Positions 55,335 through 64,000 of a stretch of DNA of 64,000 nt are shown in pieces. The notes below the pieces were generated by a model. It was not told the DNA's origin, did not search any database, and saw only the letters and a list, made by a program, of their open reading frames with translations. Every line of letters starts with the position of its first letter. Position 1 is the first letter of the stretch. Source of the stretch: Acidobacteriota bacterium (GTDB lineage: Bacteria > Acidobacteriota > UBA890 > WLXD01). The stretch is taken from the NCBI GenBank assembly GCA_965248695.1, contig CBDFKD010000002.1:2304001-2368000 (forward strand). The letters are read 5' to 3'. Made by a program: the position numbers and the translations under genes.

Positions 55335-57062
55335 ATGACCCGATCTGTCCGAACGTCGCCGTTTGTCACGATGCTCGTCGCGATCGCCTCTCTCATTCTT
55401 CTGACGGCCCCGGACAATTACGCTCAGAACCGAGGCATCGGCAAGGACTTCGCCACCCGCTCGGTGGCCATGGGGACGCGGGGGATGGCAGCGACCAGCC
55501 AGCCGCTGGCCACCATGACGGCGCTCGACATCCTCAAGCGCGGCGGCCACGCCGTCGACGCTGCTATCGCCGCGAACGCGGTGCTGGGTCTGGTTGAACC
55601 CACGGGCAACGGCATTGGCGGAGATCTGTTCGTCATCATCTGGGACAACGAGAACAAGCGCATCGCTGGCTTCAACGGCAGCGGCCGCTCACCCGAGTCA
55701 CTGACCCTGGAGGAGTTCCGTCGCCAGCAACTCGACCGCGTTCCCAATCTCGGACCGCTGGCCGTGTCGGTGCCGGGCGCGGTGGACGGCTGGTTTCAGA
55801 TCCACGAGCGTTTCGGCCGCTTGGCGATGAGCGAGTTGCTGCAACCGGCGGTCGATCATGCGCGCGACGGATTCGCAGTCACCGAGGTGATCGCCAGGGG
55901 CTGGCGGGGCGGCGCGCGGCAGCGTCAACAGTACCCGGGCTTTGCGGAGATCTACATGCCGAACGGCGAGACGCCCAGCGCCGGTGAGATCTTCAGGAAC
56001 CCCGCCCTCGGAGAGACCCTGGAGACCATCGGACGCGAGGGTCGCGACGCCTTCTACAAGGGCCGCATCGCCCGCTCCATCGACCAGTACATGGAAGAGG
56101 CGGGGGGATTCCTTTCCTACGACGACCTGGCCGCACACCAGGGCAACTGGGTGGAGCCGCTGTCGACCACCTATCGCGGCTACACGGTGTGGGAGCTGCC
56201 ACCCAACGGCCAGGGAATCGCAGCGTTGCAGATGCTCAACATCATGGAGGGCTTCGATATCGCCTCGATGGGCTTCGGCAGCTCGGCGTACCTACATCTG
56301 CTGATCGAGGCCAAGAAGCTCGCCTACGAGGATCGCGCCAAGTTCTACGCCGATCCGGCCTTCAACGACATACCGGTCGACTGGTTGATCTCCAAGGAGT
56401 ACGGGGAGCAGCGGCGCGAGCTGATCGACATGAGCATTGCTGCGGTCGCCTACGAACCCGGCGACCCGGTTCTCGAGGACGGCGACACCATCTACATGAC
56501 GGTGGCCGATGGTGCCGGCAACATGGTGTCGCTGATCCAGAGCAACTACTCGGGTCTGGGTTCCGGCATGACGCCGATCGGCCTGGGGTTCCAGCTGCAG
56601 AACCGCGGGGCGCTCTTCAACCTCGAAGAGGGCCACTACAACACCTACGAGCCCGGCAAGCGACCTTTCCACACCATCATTCCGGCCATGGTCACCAAAG
56701 ACGGCGAGCCTTTCTTCAGCTTTGGCGTAATGGGTGGCGCCATGCAGCCGCAAGGGCACGTGCAGATCCTGGTGAACATGATCGACTTCGGCATGAACGT
56801 GCAGGAAGCGGGAGACGCGCCCCGCCTGCGCCACTCGGGCTCTTCGCAGCCGACCGGCCAGGTAATGAGCGACGGCGGCTCCGTAAATCTGGAGTTCGGC
56901 TATTCGGCCGAGACCATCGCCAGGTTGTCTGCCATGGGACACACGGTGGCTGTGGGCAGCGGTGGCTACGGCGGCTATCAGGGCATTCGCCGCGATCTCG
57001 CCACCGGTGTCTTCTACGGCGCGACGGAATCACGCAAGGACGGCATCGCGGCGGGTTACTAG
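55335..57062 (+). CDS. ggt: Gamma-glutamyltransferase
   Basis: GHAVDAAIA, GIGGDLF, DTIY nucleophile Thr, KRPFHTIIP, GVMGG. Confidence 0.93.
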   Translation: MTRSVRTSPFVTMLVAIASLILLTAPDNYAQNRGIGKDFATRSVAMGTRGMAATSQPLATMTALDILKRGGHAVDAAIAANAVLGLVEPTGNGIGGDLFVIIWDNENKRIAGFNGSGRSPESLTLEEFRRQQLDRVPNLGPLAVSVPGAVDGWFQIHERFGRLAMSELLQPAVDHARDGFAVTEVIARGWRGGARQRQQYPGFAEIYMPNGETPSAGEIFRNPALGETLETIGREGRDAFYKGRIARSIDQYMEEAGGFLSYDDLAAHQGNWVEPLSTTYRGYTVWELPPNGQGIAALQMLNIMEGFDIASMGFGSSAYLHLLIEAKKLAYEDRAKFYADPAFNDIPVDWLISKEYGEQRRELIDMSIAAVAYEPGDPVLEDGDTIYMTVADGAGNMVSLIQSNYSGLGSGMTPIGLGFQLQNRGALFNLEEGHYNTYEPGKRPFHTIIPAMVTKDGEPFFSFGVMGGAMQPQGHVQILVNMIDFGMNVQEAGDAPRLRHSGSSQPTGQVMSDGGSVNLEFGYSAETIARLSAMGHTVAVGSGGYGGYQGIRRDLATGVFYGATESRKDGIAAGY

Positions 57063-57089
57063 CAGGCCGTGGTGGAACCCAGAGCGCGA

Positions 57090-59797
57090 TCAATCCGACC
57101 GCAGCGACTCCATCGGGTCGACGCGCGTCGCCCGGCGCGCCGGCACCCATGAAGCGGTCAGTGCCACCACCGCCAGGAAGGCCGCCACCGCGACCATTGT
57201 CACCGGGTCGACCGGCCGGATCTCGAACAGCGCTTGCTCAAGCAACCTTCCGAGGAACACCGCCGCCAGCAACCCGAGGAGGATCCCGGCTGCGACGAGG
57301 CTCAGCGCCTGACGCAGCACGAGCCAGCGGACGTTGGTCTGTTGCGCACCCAGGGCCACCCGGATCCCCATTTCGCGCGTGCGCTGGGTGACCAGCGAGG
57401 CCATGACCCCGTAGACGCCGATCGCTGCCAGCGCCAGCGCCACGGTAGCGAAGGTCACCAGCAACGCGGCGAGCGATCGCCGCGATGCTTCATGGGCAGC
57501 GAGCTGATCGGCCAGGAGGGCGACGTCATCCACCGGCAGCCCGGGATCGATGCTCGCGACCGCATCCCGCAGCGGCCCCACGAGGTCGAAGGGGTTGCCG
57601 TCCGTGCGCAGCATGATCGCCATCTCCCGCACCGGCTGCTGCGCGTGCGGGAAGTACGTAGCCCCGTAGCTCTCGTCGGTCCGACCCGAGAAGTGAACGT
57701 CTTGCACCACACCGACGACCTCGACCTCTAACGGGCCGCGCTTCCACCAGTTGCCGTACTCCAGGCGGGCGCCGATCGGATCGGTGCCGGGGGCAAAGTA
57801 CCGGCGCACCAGGCTCTCGTTGACGATCACTACGCGGGCGGAGTCAGCGGTATCGTCGCGATTGAAAGCGCGGCCGCGCAGCAGACGGATACCGCCAGTT
57901 TCGAAGTACCCGGGCCGTACCGGCCGGAAGCGAGCCGTGTAGCTCTCGCCCTCCCCGAGCTCGACAACCCCACGGCCAGGGTTGGCAGCGACATCGATCT
58001 CGAAGGCGTTGTTCCAGCCGCTGTCTGTGGGCAGCTGGTAGGCCGCGGGGCCGAGCGCACACCGGGAACCGCCTCGAGCTGCGCCTCGAGCCGCTCGAAG
58101 AACGCCACGGCACGGCGCCACTCGGGCTCCTGGGCCACGAATGGCATTGCCAACCGTACGCGAGCCGTGAGCACACCCTGGGGAGCAAAACCGGGATCGA
58201 CGTCGAGCACCCGCTGCAGGCTGCGCAATAGGAGCCCGGCACCCACCAGCAGCACGACGGCAAGCGCCATCTGCGCCACGACCAGAGTTTGGCGAGCGCG
58301 CGAGCGGCTACCGGTCATCGTACGGCTCTCCAACTTGAGTGAGGCCTGCGGACCGGTCCGGGTGGCGTGAAGCGCCGGCCCGACGCCGAACACCAAACCG
58401 GTTACCAGGGAGACGGAGACCAGAAACCCGACCACGCGAAGGTCGACCTGTACGAGGTCGATGGCGGCGATCTCGAGCGCCGCTGTGCTCTTCAGCAGCC
58501 CAACGCCGGCCCACGCCACGGCGGTGCCGAGGGCGGCACCGACCGCCGCGACAATGACGCTCTCCGCCAGGCATTGCCGCACGAGGCGCACACGTCCAGC
58601 GCCCAGAGCCGTACGAATCGCCATCTCCCGTTGACGCACGGATCCGCGACCCAGCAGCAGGTTGGCAACGTTGGTCCAGGCAATCAGCAGCAGCAGGCTT
58701 ACCGACCCGAAGGCCAGCAGCAGCGTCGAGCGCACCCCCTCGACCGCTTTCTCTTCCGCCAGGAGCAGGTGACCGGCGATGCCGTTGCGCAACTCCGGAT
58801 GGGTCTCGTCGAGAGTCCGGCTGATGGCACCGATAGCCGTCTCGGCCTGCTCGAACGTGATCCCGTCGGCGATGCGACCGAGCAGGTTGACGTTGGTCAG
58901 GCCTCGCAGGTCGGTTCCCTGACTGGAGAAGGACGACCGGTACGCGAGCCACATGTCCACCGGAACCGATGACAGCACGAACCCACCAACGACCCCGGTA
59001 AAGCCACGCGGCAGCACTCCGACGACCTCGTAGGGCAGGCCATCGAGCCGAAGCGTGCGTCCGACAACACCTTCGTCGGCGCCGAAGCGAGTCCGCCACA
59101 ATGCGTGCGACAACAGCGCCACGCGTTGCCCCGAGTCAACCGCGTCTTCCTCCGGCGTGAAGCCCCTGCCGAGCACAGGCTCGATTCCCAGCGTCGGCAG
59201 CAGGTTCCAGGTAGCGTCGACGACGTTCAGCCGCTCGGCCGTACCCCCGTCGTGGGGCGACATCGCCGGTAGCTGCTGCTGCCAGGCGGCAAGATGCTCG
59301 AGCACGTCGGTGCTTCCCGCGCGGTAGTCCTCATAGTCGGGGAACGACACCAGCCATCGACCCGGTCGACCGTCGGTGAAGCCGTTGCGCAGGATGACCA
59401 GCCCTTCGGCTTCTTCGAAAGGCAGGCCGCGCAGCAGCACCGCGTCGATGAGCGCGTAGATGGCGGCGTTGGCGCCAACCCCGAGCGCCAGTGTCGCGGC
59501 TGCCATGGCAACGAACCCGGGGCTGCGGCGCAAGCTGCCCCACGCGTAGCGCCCATCACGCCACGCACCCGCCAGCGAGGTAGACCACAGACCGCCGCTT
59601 TCTCGCCCGGACCGTCGCCCATCGCGCCGCAGGAACCCGTGCCGTACCTGGCGCCAGTACCACCTGCGTGCGGCGCGCCGGTTGACCGCGACGCGGTCGG
59701 CGAACTCCTCGTCGAGGTCACCGAGCGAGAACTCTCGCTCCTGAGGCGGAAGGATCCGCTGCATCAGCCAGTGGGCCAGGCGGGGCGGCGTGCCCAT
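57090..59797 (-). pseudogene. ADOP-type duplicated ABC permease with 1-nt deletion near 58048
   Basis: ORFs 57830-59797 and 57090-58121 join in GVRSA/AAYQLP; NVANLLL, REMAIR, RRATRVDPM motifs. Confidence 0.88.
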
Positions 59798-60141
59798 CAG
59801 GATTCCCGCCGTGCGGCGAGTGACTCGACCTGGACTTCGATTCCTTCGGCCATGCTACGGAGCGCCGTGTAGGACCGACTCAGCGCCGCCTCGCCGGCGG
59901 CGGCCAACGAGTAGAACTTCTTGCGGCGCCCGCCGCGCTTGGATGTGGGCTCGCCGATCCGCGACGTCACGTAGCCGTTCTTCTGCATGCGCGCCAGCGC
60001 GGTGTAGACGGCACCGATAAACACCTCTCGGCCAGTTTTCTCCTCGATCTCACGCTTGATAGCGGCGCCGTAGGCCTCGTCGCCCAAGCGCAACAAACCC
60101 AGCAGGATCAGCTGCTCGAACTCTCCCAGTGCGCGTGGCAT
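59797..60141 (-). CDS. PadR-family regulator
   Basis: LGEFEQLILL, AYG, GAVYTALARM, RGGRRKKFY. Confidence 0.92.
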   Translation of the reverse strand: MPRALGEFEQLILLGLLRLGDEAYGAAIKREIEEKTGREVFIGAVYTALARMQKNGYVTSRIGEPTSKRGGRRKKFYSLAAAGEAALSRSYTALRSMAEGIEVQVESLAARRES

Positions 60142-60182
60142 CGGTCTCTCCTCCGACCGGGTGGTGACGCTCCGAAGTTTCA

Positions 60183-60221
60183 ACTGCAGTGCAGTGGATA
60201 ATATATGAACTGCAATGCAGT
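60183..60221. promoter_or_regulatory. Twin palindromic operator upstream of padR
   Basis: ACTGCA-G-TGCAGT (60183-60195) and ACTGCA-A-TGCAGT (60209-60221) around an AT-rich spacer. Confidence 0.7.
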
Positions 60222-60262
60222 AGAAAGTACGGGGAAGGAAGCAATGCCACGACGGCTCCTGT

Positions 60263-61417
60263 TCAGAACGTGCTCAGGAGCTCCACTGTCGTCTGGTCGA
60301 GCCGGGTCAGCACGGCGATCAGCAGGTCGACCGCCTGATCGAAATCGCTGCGCTGAATGATGCCGCTGTGCGAGTGCAGGTAGCGGGTCGGCACGGTGAT
60401 GTTGACCGACGGTCGGCCGGTGTCGTACCGCTGGATCTCGGCGCCGTCCTCACCGTAGCCGGTGAGCACGTCTGCCTGTAGGTCGAGGCCCTCTTCTTCC
60501 GCAACCTGGAAGAAGAAATCGCGCAGCTTCCGGTTGGGGATCATCGAGCTATCGAGCAGGAACATACCGGGTCCGTCGCCCAGCCTTTCCTGCGCCTGCT
60601 CAGGCCGTGATCCAGGGTAGTCAGCCGACACTCCTGCCTCGATCGAGATGCCGAGGTCCGGATCGGCGATCCGTACCGATGTCTGCGCTCCTCGCAGACC
60701 GATCTCTTCCTGCACGGTCGCCACCCAGGCAACTCGGTTGGGCAACGCGATTCCCTGCTCGCTGATGCGGCGCGCCGCTTCGAGCATGACCGCGATGCCG
60801 ACCCGATCGTCCCAACCCTTGGCCGCGTAGCGCTCGTTTGGAAGCACGGTGAAGGGGCTCCAGGGAGCGATCGGATCTCCCGGGCGGATGCCCATCGCCG
60901 CCACCTCCTCTGCCGACTGCGCCCCGAGATCGAGAAAGATCTGCTCGAGCGGCCAGACCTGGTTGCGCTCGCTCTGCGGCGTTACGTGGACCGTACGCAG
61001 ACCGCTGATCGCCAGCACCGGACCATCGGCACCGACGATGATCCAGCGCTGGTCCGGTAGCGCCTGCCGCAGCCAGCCGCCGAGGGTCTTCACCCGGATG
61101 AACCCATCCGGACGCACGTGCTGCACCATCAGACCGACCTCGTCGAGGTGCGCCGTGACCATGATGCGCGGGCCGTCGCTGGTACCGGGTAACGTGCCGA
61201 TGACCGAGCCCAGCCCGTCGTACTCGATCGCCGCGTTCAACTCTTCGAGCTCGCGCACGACGATCTCCCGCACCGGCCCCTCGAATCCCGAGGGCCCGGG
61301 AGCGTTGGTAAGCTCCTCCATCAATCGTGCCACGCGGTCGAGCTCCTGTGCGGCGGCTGGAGACACGAGTGCGAGGGTGGCGAGCAGCGTAGCGATCGTG
61401 GCAGCTTTTCGGCTCAT
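60263..61417 (-). CDS. M42 family aminopeptidase with signal peptide
   Basis: AHLDEVG, DDRVG, VQEEIGLRGA, RYLHS. Confidence 0.92.
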   Translation of the reverse strand: MSRKAATIATLLATLALVSPAAAQELDRVARLMEELTNAPGPSGFEGPVREIVVRELEELNAAIEYDGLGSVIGTLPGTSDGPRIMVTAHLDEVGLMVQHVRPDGFIRVKTLGGWLRQALPDQRWIIVGADGPVLAISGLRTVHVTPQSERNQVWPLEQIFLDLGAQSAEEVAAMGIRPGDPIAPWSPFTVLPNERYAAKGWDDRVGIAVMLEAARRISEQGIALPNRVAWVATVQEEIGLRGAQTSVRIADPDLGISIEAGVSADYPGSRPEQAQERLGDGPGMFLLDSSMIPNRKLRDFFFQVAEEEGLDLQADVLTGYGEDGAEIQRYDTGRPSVNITVPTRYLHSHSGIIQRSDFDQAVDLLIAVLTRLDQTTVELLSTF

Positions 61418-61617
61418 GACGAACTCCCTGTGGTTATCCGATACTCGACATCGAAAGACTCACCGAGGCGACGTGAAGCCTATCGCTGCGGCACAACAGA
61501 TCCAACGGAAGTAGTCGGCGGGACGGCTGACCGAGGCAGCCGCACAGACCAGCTATGATCGGGCGCGCAACGGACGCCGTTGTCACTAGGAGGTCTTCAT
61601 GCGAATCGGTCTGGCGA

Positions 61618-61971
61618 ATGGGTCTGACGGACGCCGCGCTCGCTGAGCTCCGCGCGCTGCTGGTCGAACGGCGGTCAGCAATCGGCGTGGCCGCGAGAAC
61701 GAACGACGCGGCGACCGCAGTGGTTGAGCTCGACCAGGCGAGAATCGGTCGACTCTCGCGCATGGACGCGATGCAAAGCCAGGCCATGTCGGTGGAACTG
61801 AAACGCCGCAACGAACGCGAGGTCGCCGCCATCGAGGCCACGCTGAGACGAATGGACGACGACACGTACGGCGATTGCCTACGATGCGACGAGGCAATCG
61901 CGCTGGCCCGCCTACGGGCCACCCCGGTAGCCACGCTCTGTATCGAGTGTGCCGAGAAGGCAGGCAACTAG
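61618..61971 (+). CDS. TraR/DksA C4 zinc-finger protein
   Basis: GRLSRMDAMQ, YGDCLRC, LCIEC. Confidence 0.9.
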   Translation: MGLTDAALAELRALLVERRSAIGVAARTNDAATAVVELDQARIGRLSRMDAMQSQAMSVELKRRNEREVAAIEATLRRMDDDTYGDCLRCDEAIALARLRATPVATLCIECAEKAGN

Positions 61972-62097
61972 ACCACCACACCGCCGAGCTGTCCAAGTAG
62001 GGGGAGTCCAGCGCTCGCGCTATGGCTGGGCTGTTCCGTGGTGTGCGCGATGTAGCCTAGCGCTCGGTGCGGTGGCGTGGCTCGCCTGGACGGAGCA

Positions 62098-64000
62098 ATG
62101 AAGAAAAACTACCTCTTGTTGACGATTCTCGTGGCCGTCTCCTGGGTTGCTCCACTTGCGGGTAGCGAGCAGGCAACGAGAACGAGCCGTGTGCTCGTGC
62201 GGTCGTGGGATGAAGGCCCGTACGGCCCCCTGCCTGCGAACATCGGAGTGGTCGGCGCGTGGCAGAAGCTGCAGAAGCTGCGTACGACCGCGAGCGTCCT
62301 GTACACGACGCCTCATCCGGACGACGAGCAAGGCGGCGTGCTGACCCTGCTCAGCCGCGGTCTCGGCGTGCGGACCGCGCTCCTGACGCTCAATCGCGGC
62401 GAGGGCGGCGCCAACGCCGTCGGGCCGGAGCTGTTCGACGCCCTCGGCCTCATCCGCAGCGAGGAACTCAGGCTGGCGGGACGCTACTACGGCCTCGACG
62501 ACCAGTATTTCACCACCGCCGTTGACTACGGGTACTCGAAAACGCTGGACGAGGCGTTGCGGAGCTGGGATCGGGCGACCGTCCTCGGAGACATGGTTCG
62601 CATCATCCGCACCAACCGACCACTGGTGATGATCTCGCGCTTCCGCGGCGATACGAGCGACGGCCACGGACACCATCAAGCGGCCGGCGTGCTCACCTCC
62701 GAGGCGGTGCGAGCTGCCGCCGATCCGAGCGAGTTTCCGGAGCAGATCACTTATGACGGACTCAGGCCGTGGCGCGTACGGAAGCTCTACCGGGCTCGAC
62801 GGTCGGACGACGGGCACGTCGACGCCGAGTTGAATCCGCACCAGGACAGTCCCTGGCTCGGTTCCACGTACCAGTCCTTCGGATCCTACGGACTGAGCCT
62901 GCAGCGGTCGCAGACCACCGGGAGACTGAGGAGCGGCGGCGGTTCCAGGACACCGGCGCGATACGAGCGACTCCATCTACCCGACGCGGATGCCGGCACA
63001 TCGGATTTCGGCAACGATGTCTTCGCCGGCCTCGACACCTCCTTGTCGGGGCTCTTCAGGCTCGTCAACGAGCGGGGGTCAGCCAGGGCAGAAGAGTCCT
63101 TGTCGGCAGCGGAGTCACACATCGAGGCCGCGGCGGTGGCCTTCTCGGTGACGGATCTGGGCCCGACGGCGCACCACCTTGCCAGGGCGCGAGCGGCGCT
63201 GATCGGCGCCGCCGGCGACGTGGCACCGAACTCGGAAGCCGCCTTCCTGTTGGAGATCGAGCGCCGCGAGATCGACGTCACCCTGGCGCCGGCGCTGGGG
63301 ATACGGCTGGAGGCCCTGGCGAGCCGGCCGGGTATTGGCGCAGACGAGTCGATGGGACCCGCAGTGCCGGGCCAGGACCTCGACGTCCATGTGTCCGTCA
63401 CCGTGGCGGGCTCCGAAGTCGTCACGCTATCCGACGTGCGGCTCGAAGCCGAACCGGGCTGGGGCACACGCGGGCAGATCGACGCCACCACGCTATCCGC
63501 CGGCGCCGCGGCGAGAGGCAGCCTCGGTCTTTCTATCGCGCTCGACGCGCAACCGTCGCGCCCCTGGTTCTACCGCACGTCGATTGCCCAGGACATGTAC
63601 ATGGTTCGAGATGCGGCGGATATGCACCTCGGTGAGTCGCGGCCACGAGCCATGGCTGTGGCTACGCTCGAGTATGGCGGCCAGCGATTCGACGTCCGGG
63701 CGCCGATCCGTACGGTCGAGCCTCAGCCACCGTACGGCGCCGCGCAGCCGGTGCTCACGGTCGCACCGCGACTCACCGTGACGGCCGCACCCATCGCTGC
63801 CGTGCTACTACCGAGCCGTCCGTCCGAAGCAGTGCCCTCCGTGGCGGTGTCGATCGAGGTCACTTCCAACGCGCCGACCGCCCTCGAGGCCGACGTCGGC
63901 CTCGATCTGCCGCATGGATGGACCTCCGAACCGGCGTCGGCAGCGCTGCACTTCGACTCCCCTGGGTCGAGCGAGCGGGTTCAATTCCAAGTGTTCCCCC
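62098..64000 (+). CDS. PIG-L family deacetylase, exported; runs off window end
   Basis: ATG 62098; manual translation gives PHPDDE, RGEGG, DYGYSK, HGHHQ; absent from ORF track because no stop in window. Confidence 0.88.
   Translation, partial: MKKNYLLLTILVAVSWVAPLAGSEQATRTSRVLVRSWDEGPYGPLPANIGVVGAWQKLQKLRTTASVLYTTPHPDDEQGGVLTLLSRGLGVRTALLTLNRGEGGANAVGPELFDALGLIRSEELRLAGRYYGLDDQYFTTAVDYGYSKTLDEALRSWDRATVLGDMVRIIRTNRPLVMISRFRGDTSDGHGHHQAAGVLTSEAVRAAADPSEFPEQITYDGLRPWRVRKLYRARRSDDGHVDAELNPHQDSPWLGSTYQSFGSYGLSLQRSQTTGRLRSGGGSRTPARYERLHLPDADAGTSDFGNDVFAGLDTSLSGLFRLVNERGSARAEESLSAAESHIEAAAVAFSVTDLGPTAHHLARARAALIGAAGDVAPNSEAAFLLEIERREIDVTLAPALGIRLEALASRPGIGADESMGPAVPGQDLDVHVSVTVAGSEVVTLSDVRLEAEPGWGTRGQIDATTLSAGAAARGSLGLSIALDAQPSRPWFYRTSIAQDMYMVRDAADMHLGESRPRAMAVATLEYGGQRFDVRAPIRTVEPQPPYGAAQPVLTVAPRLTVTAAPIAAVLLPSRPSEAVPSVAVSIEVTSNAPTALEADVGLDLPHGWTSEPASAALHFDSPGSSERVQFQVFP

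Noticed and set aside
17500-64000. Numerous long antisense or alternate-frame ORFs (e.g. 22316-23209, 36295-37311, 56189-57391, 62020-62976)
   Set aside because: Shadow ORFs typical of high-GC DNA; Arg/Pro/Ala-rich, without motifs, and overlapping well-supported genes

Overview
The window has two parts. (1) ~1-15,890 is a defective, siphovirus-like prophage whose late genes run on the minus strand: N4-C DNA methyltransferase, terS, PBSX-type terL, portal, split head-morphogenesis gene, scaffold, P22-gp5-like major capsid, neck genes, two paralogous tail-tube genes and a tail chaperone with a GGGGGAA -1 slippery site. The tail module stops at ~1,865 with no tape-measure gene. Left of that are a TM2 membrane-protein moron flanked by two covarying structured repeats and a divergent cI/cro-like XRE pair. 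A vapBC moron sits inside the head module, and an att-like end at ~15,800-15,890 abuts a 5'-truncated ABC transporter. The best candidate for a new system is between scaffold and capsid (7,172-7,490): three tandem ~90-nt copies of a four-way-junction RNA fold supported by compensatory substitutions, whose last copy overlaps a competing hairpin that hides the capsid Shine-Dalgarno sequence. This looks like a tandem-aptamer translational switch. (2) ~15,890-64,000 is GC-rich host chromosome. ADOP permease plus PadR, a DUF1592/DUF1552/ankyrin operon, a PQQ dehydrogenase with cytochrome c and a PIG-L protein suggest Acidobacteriota (inference). It holds many hydrolases, a SELENBP1-like gene with ferredoxin and CoA-binding protein, and several pseudogenes and deletion scars. 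All family calls come from motifs recognised by eye; no database searches or folding programs were run.
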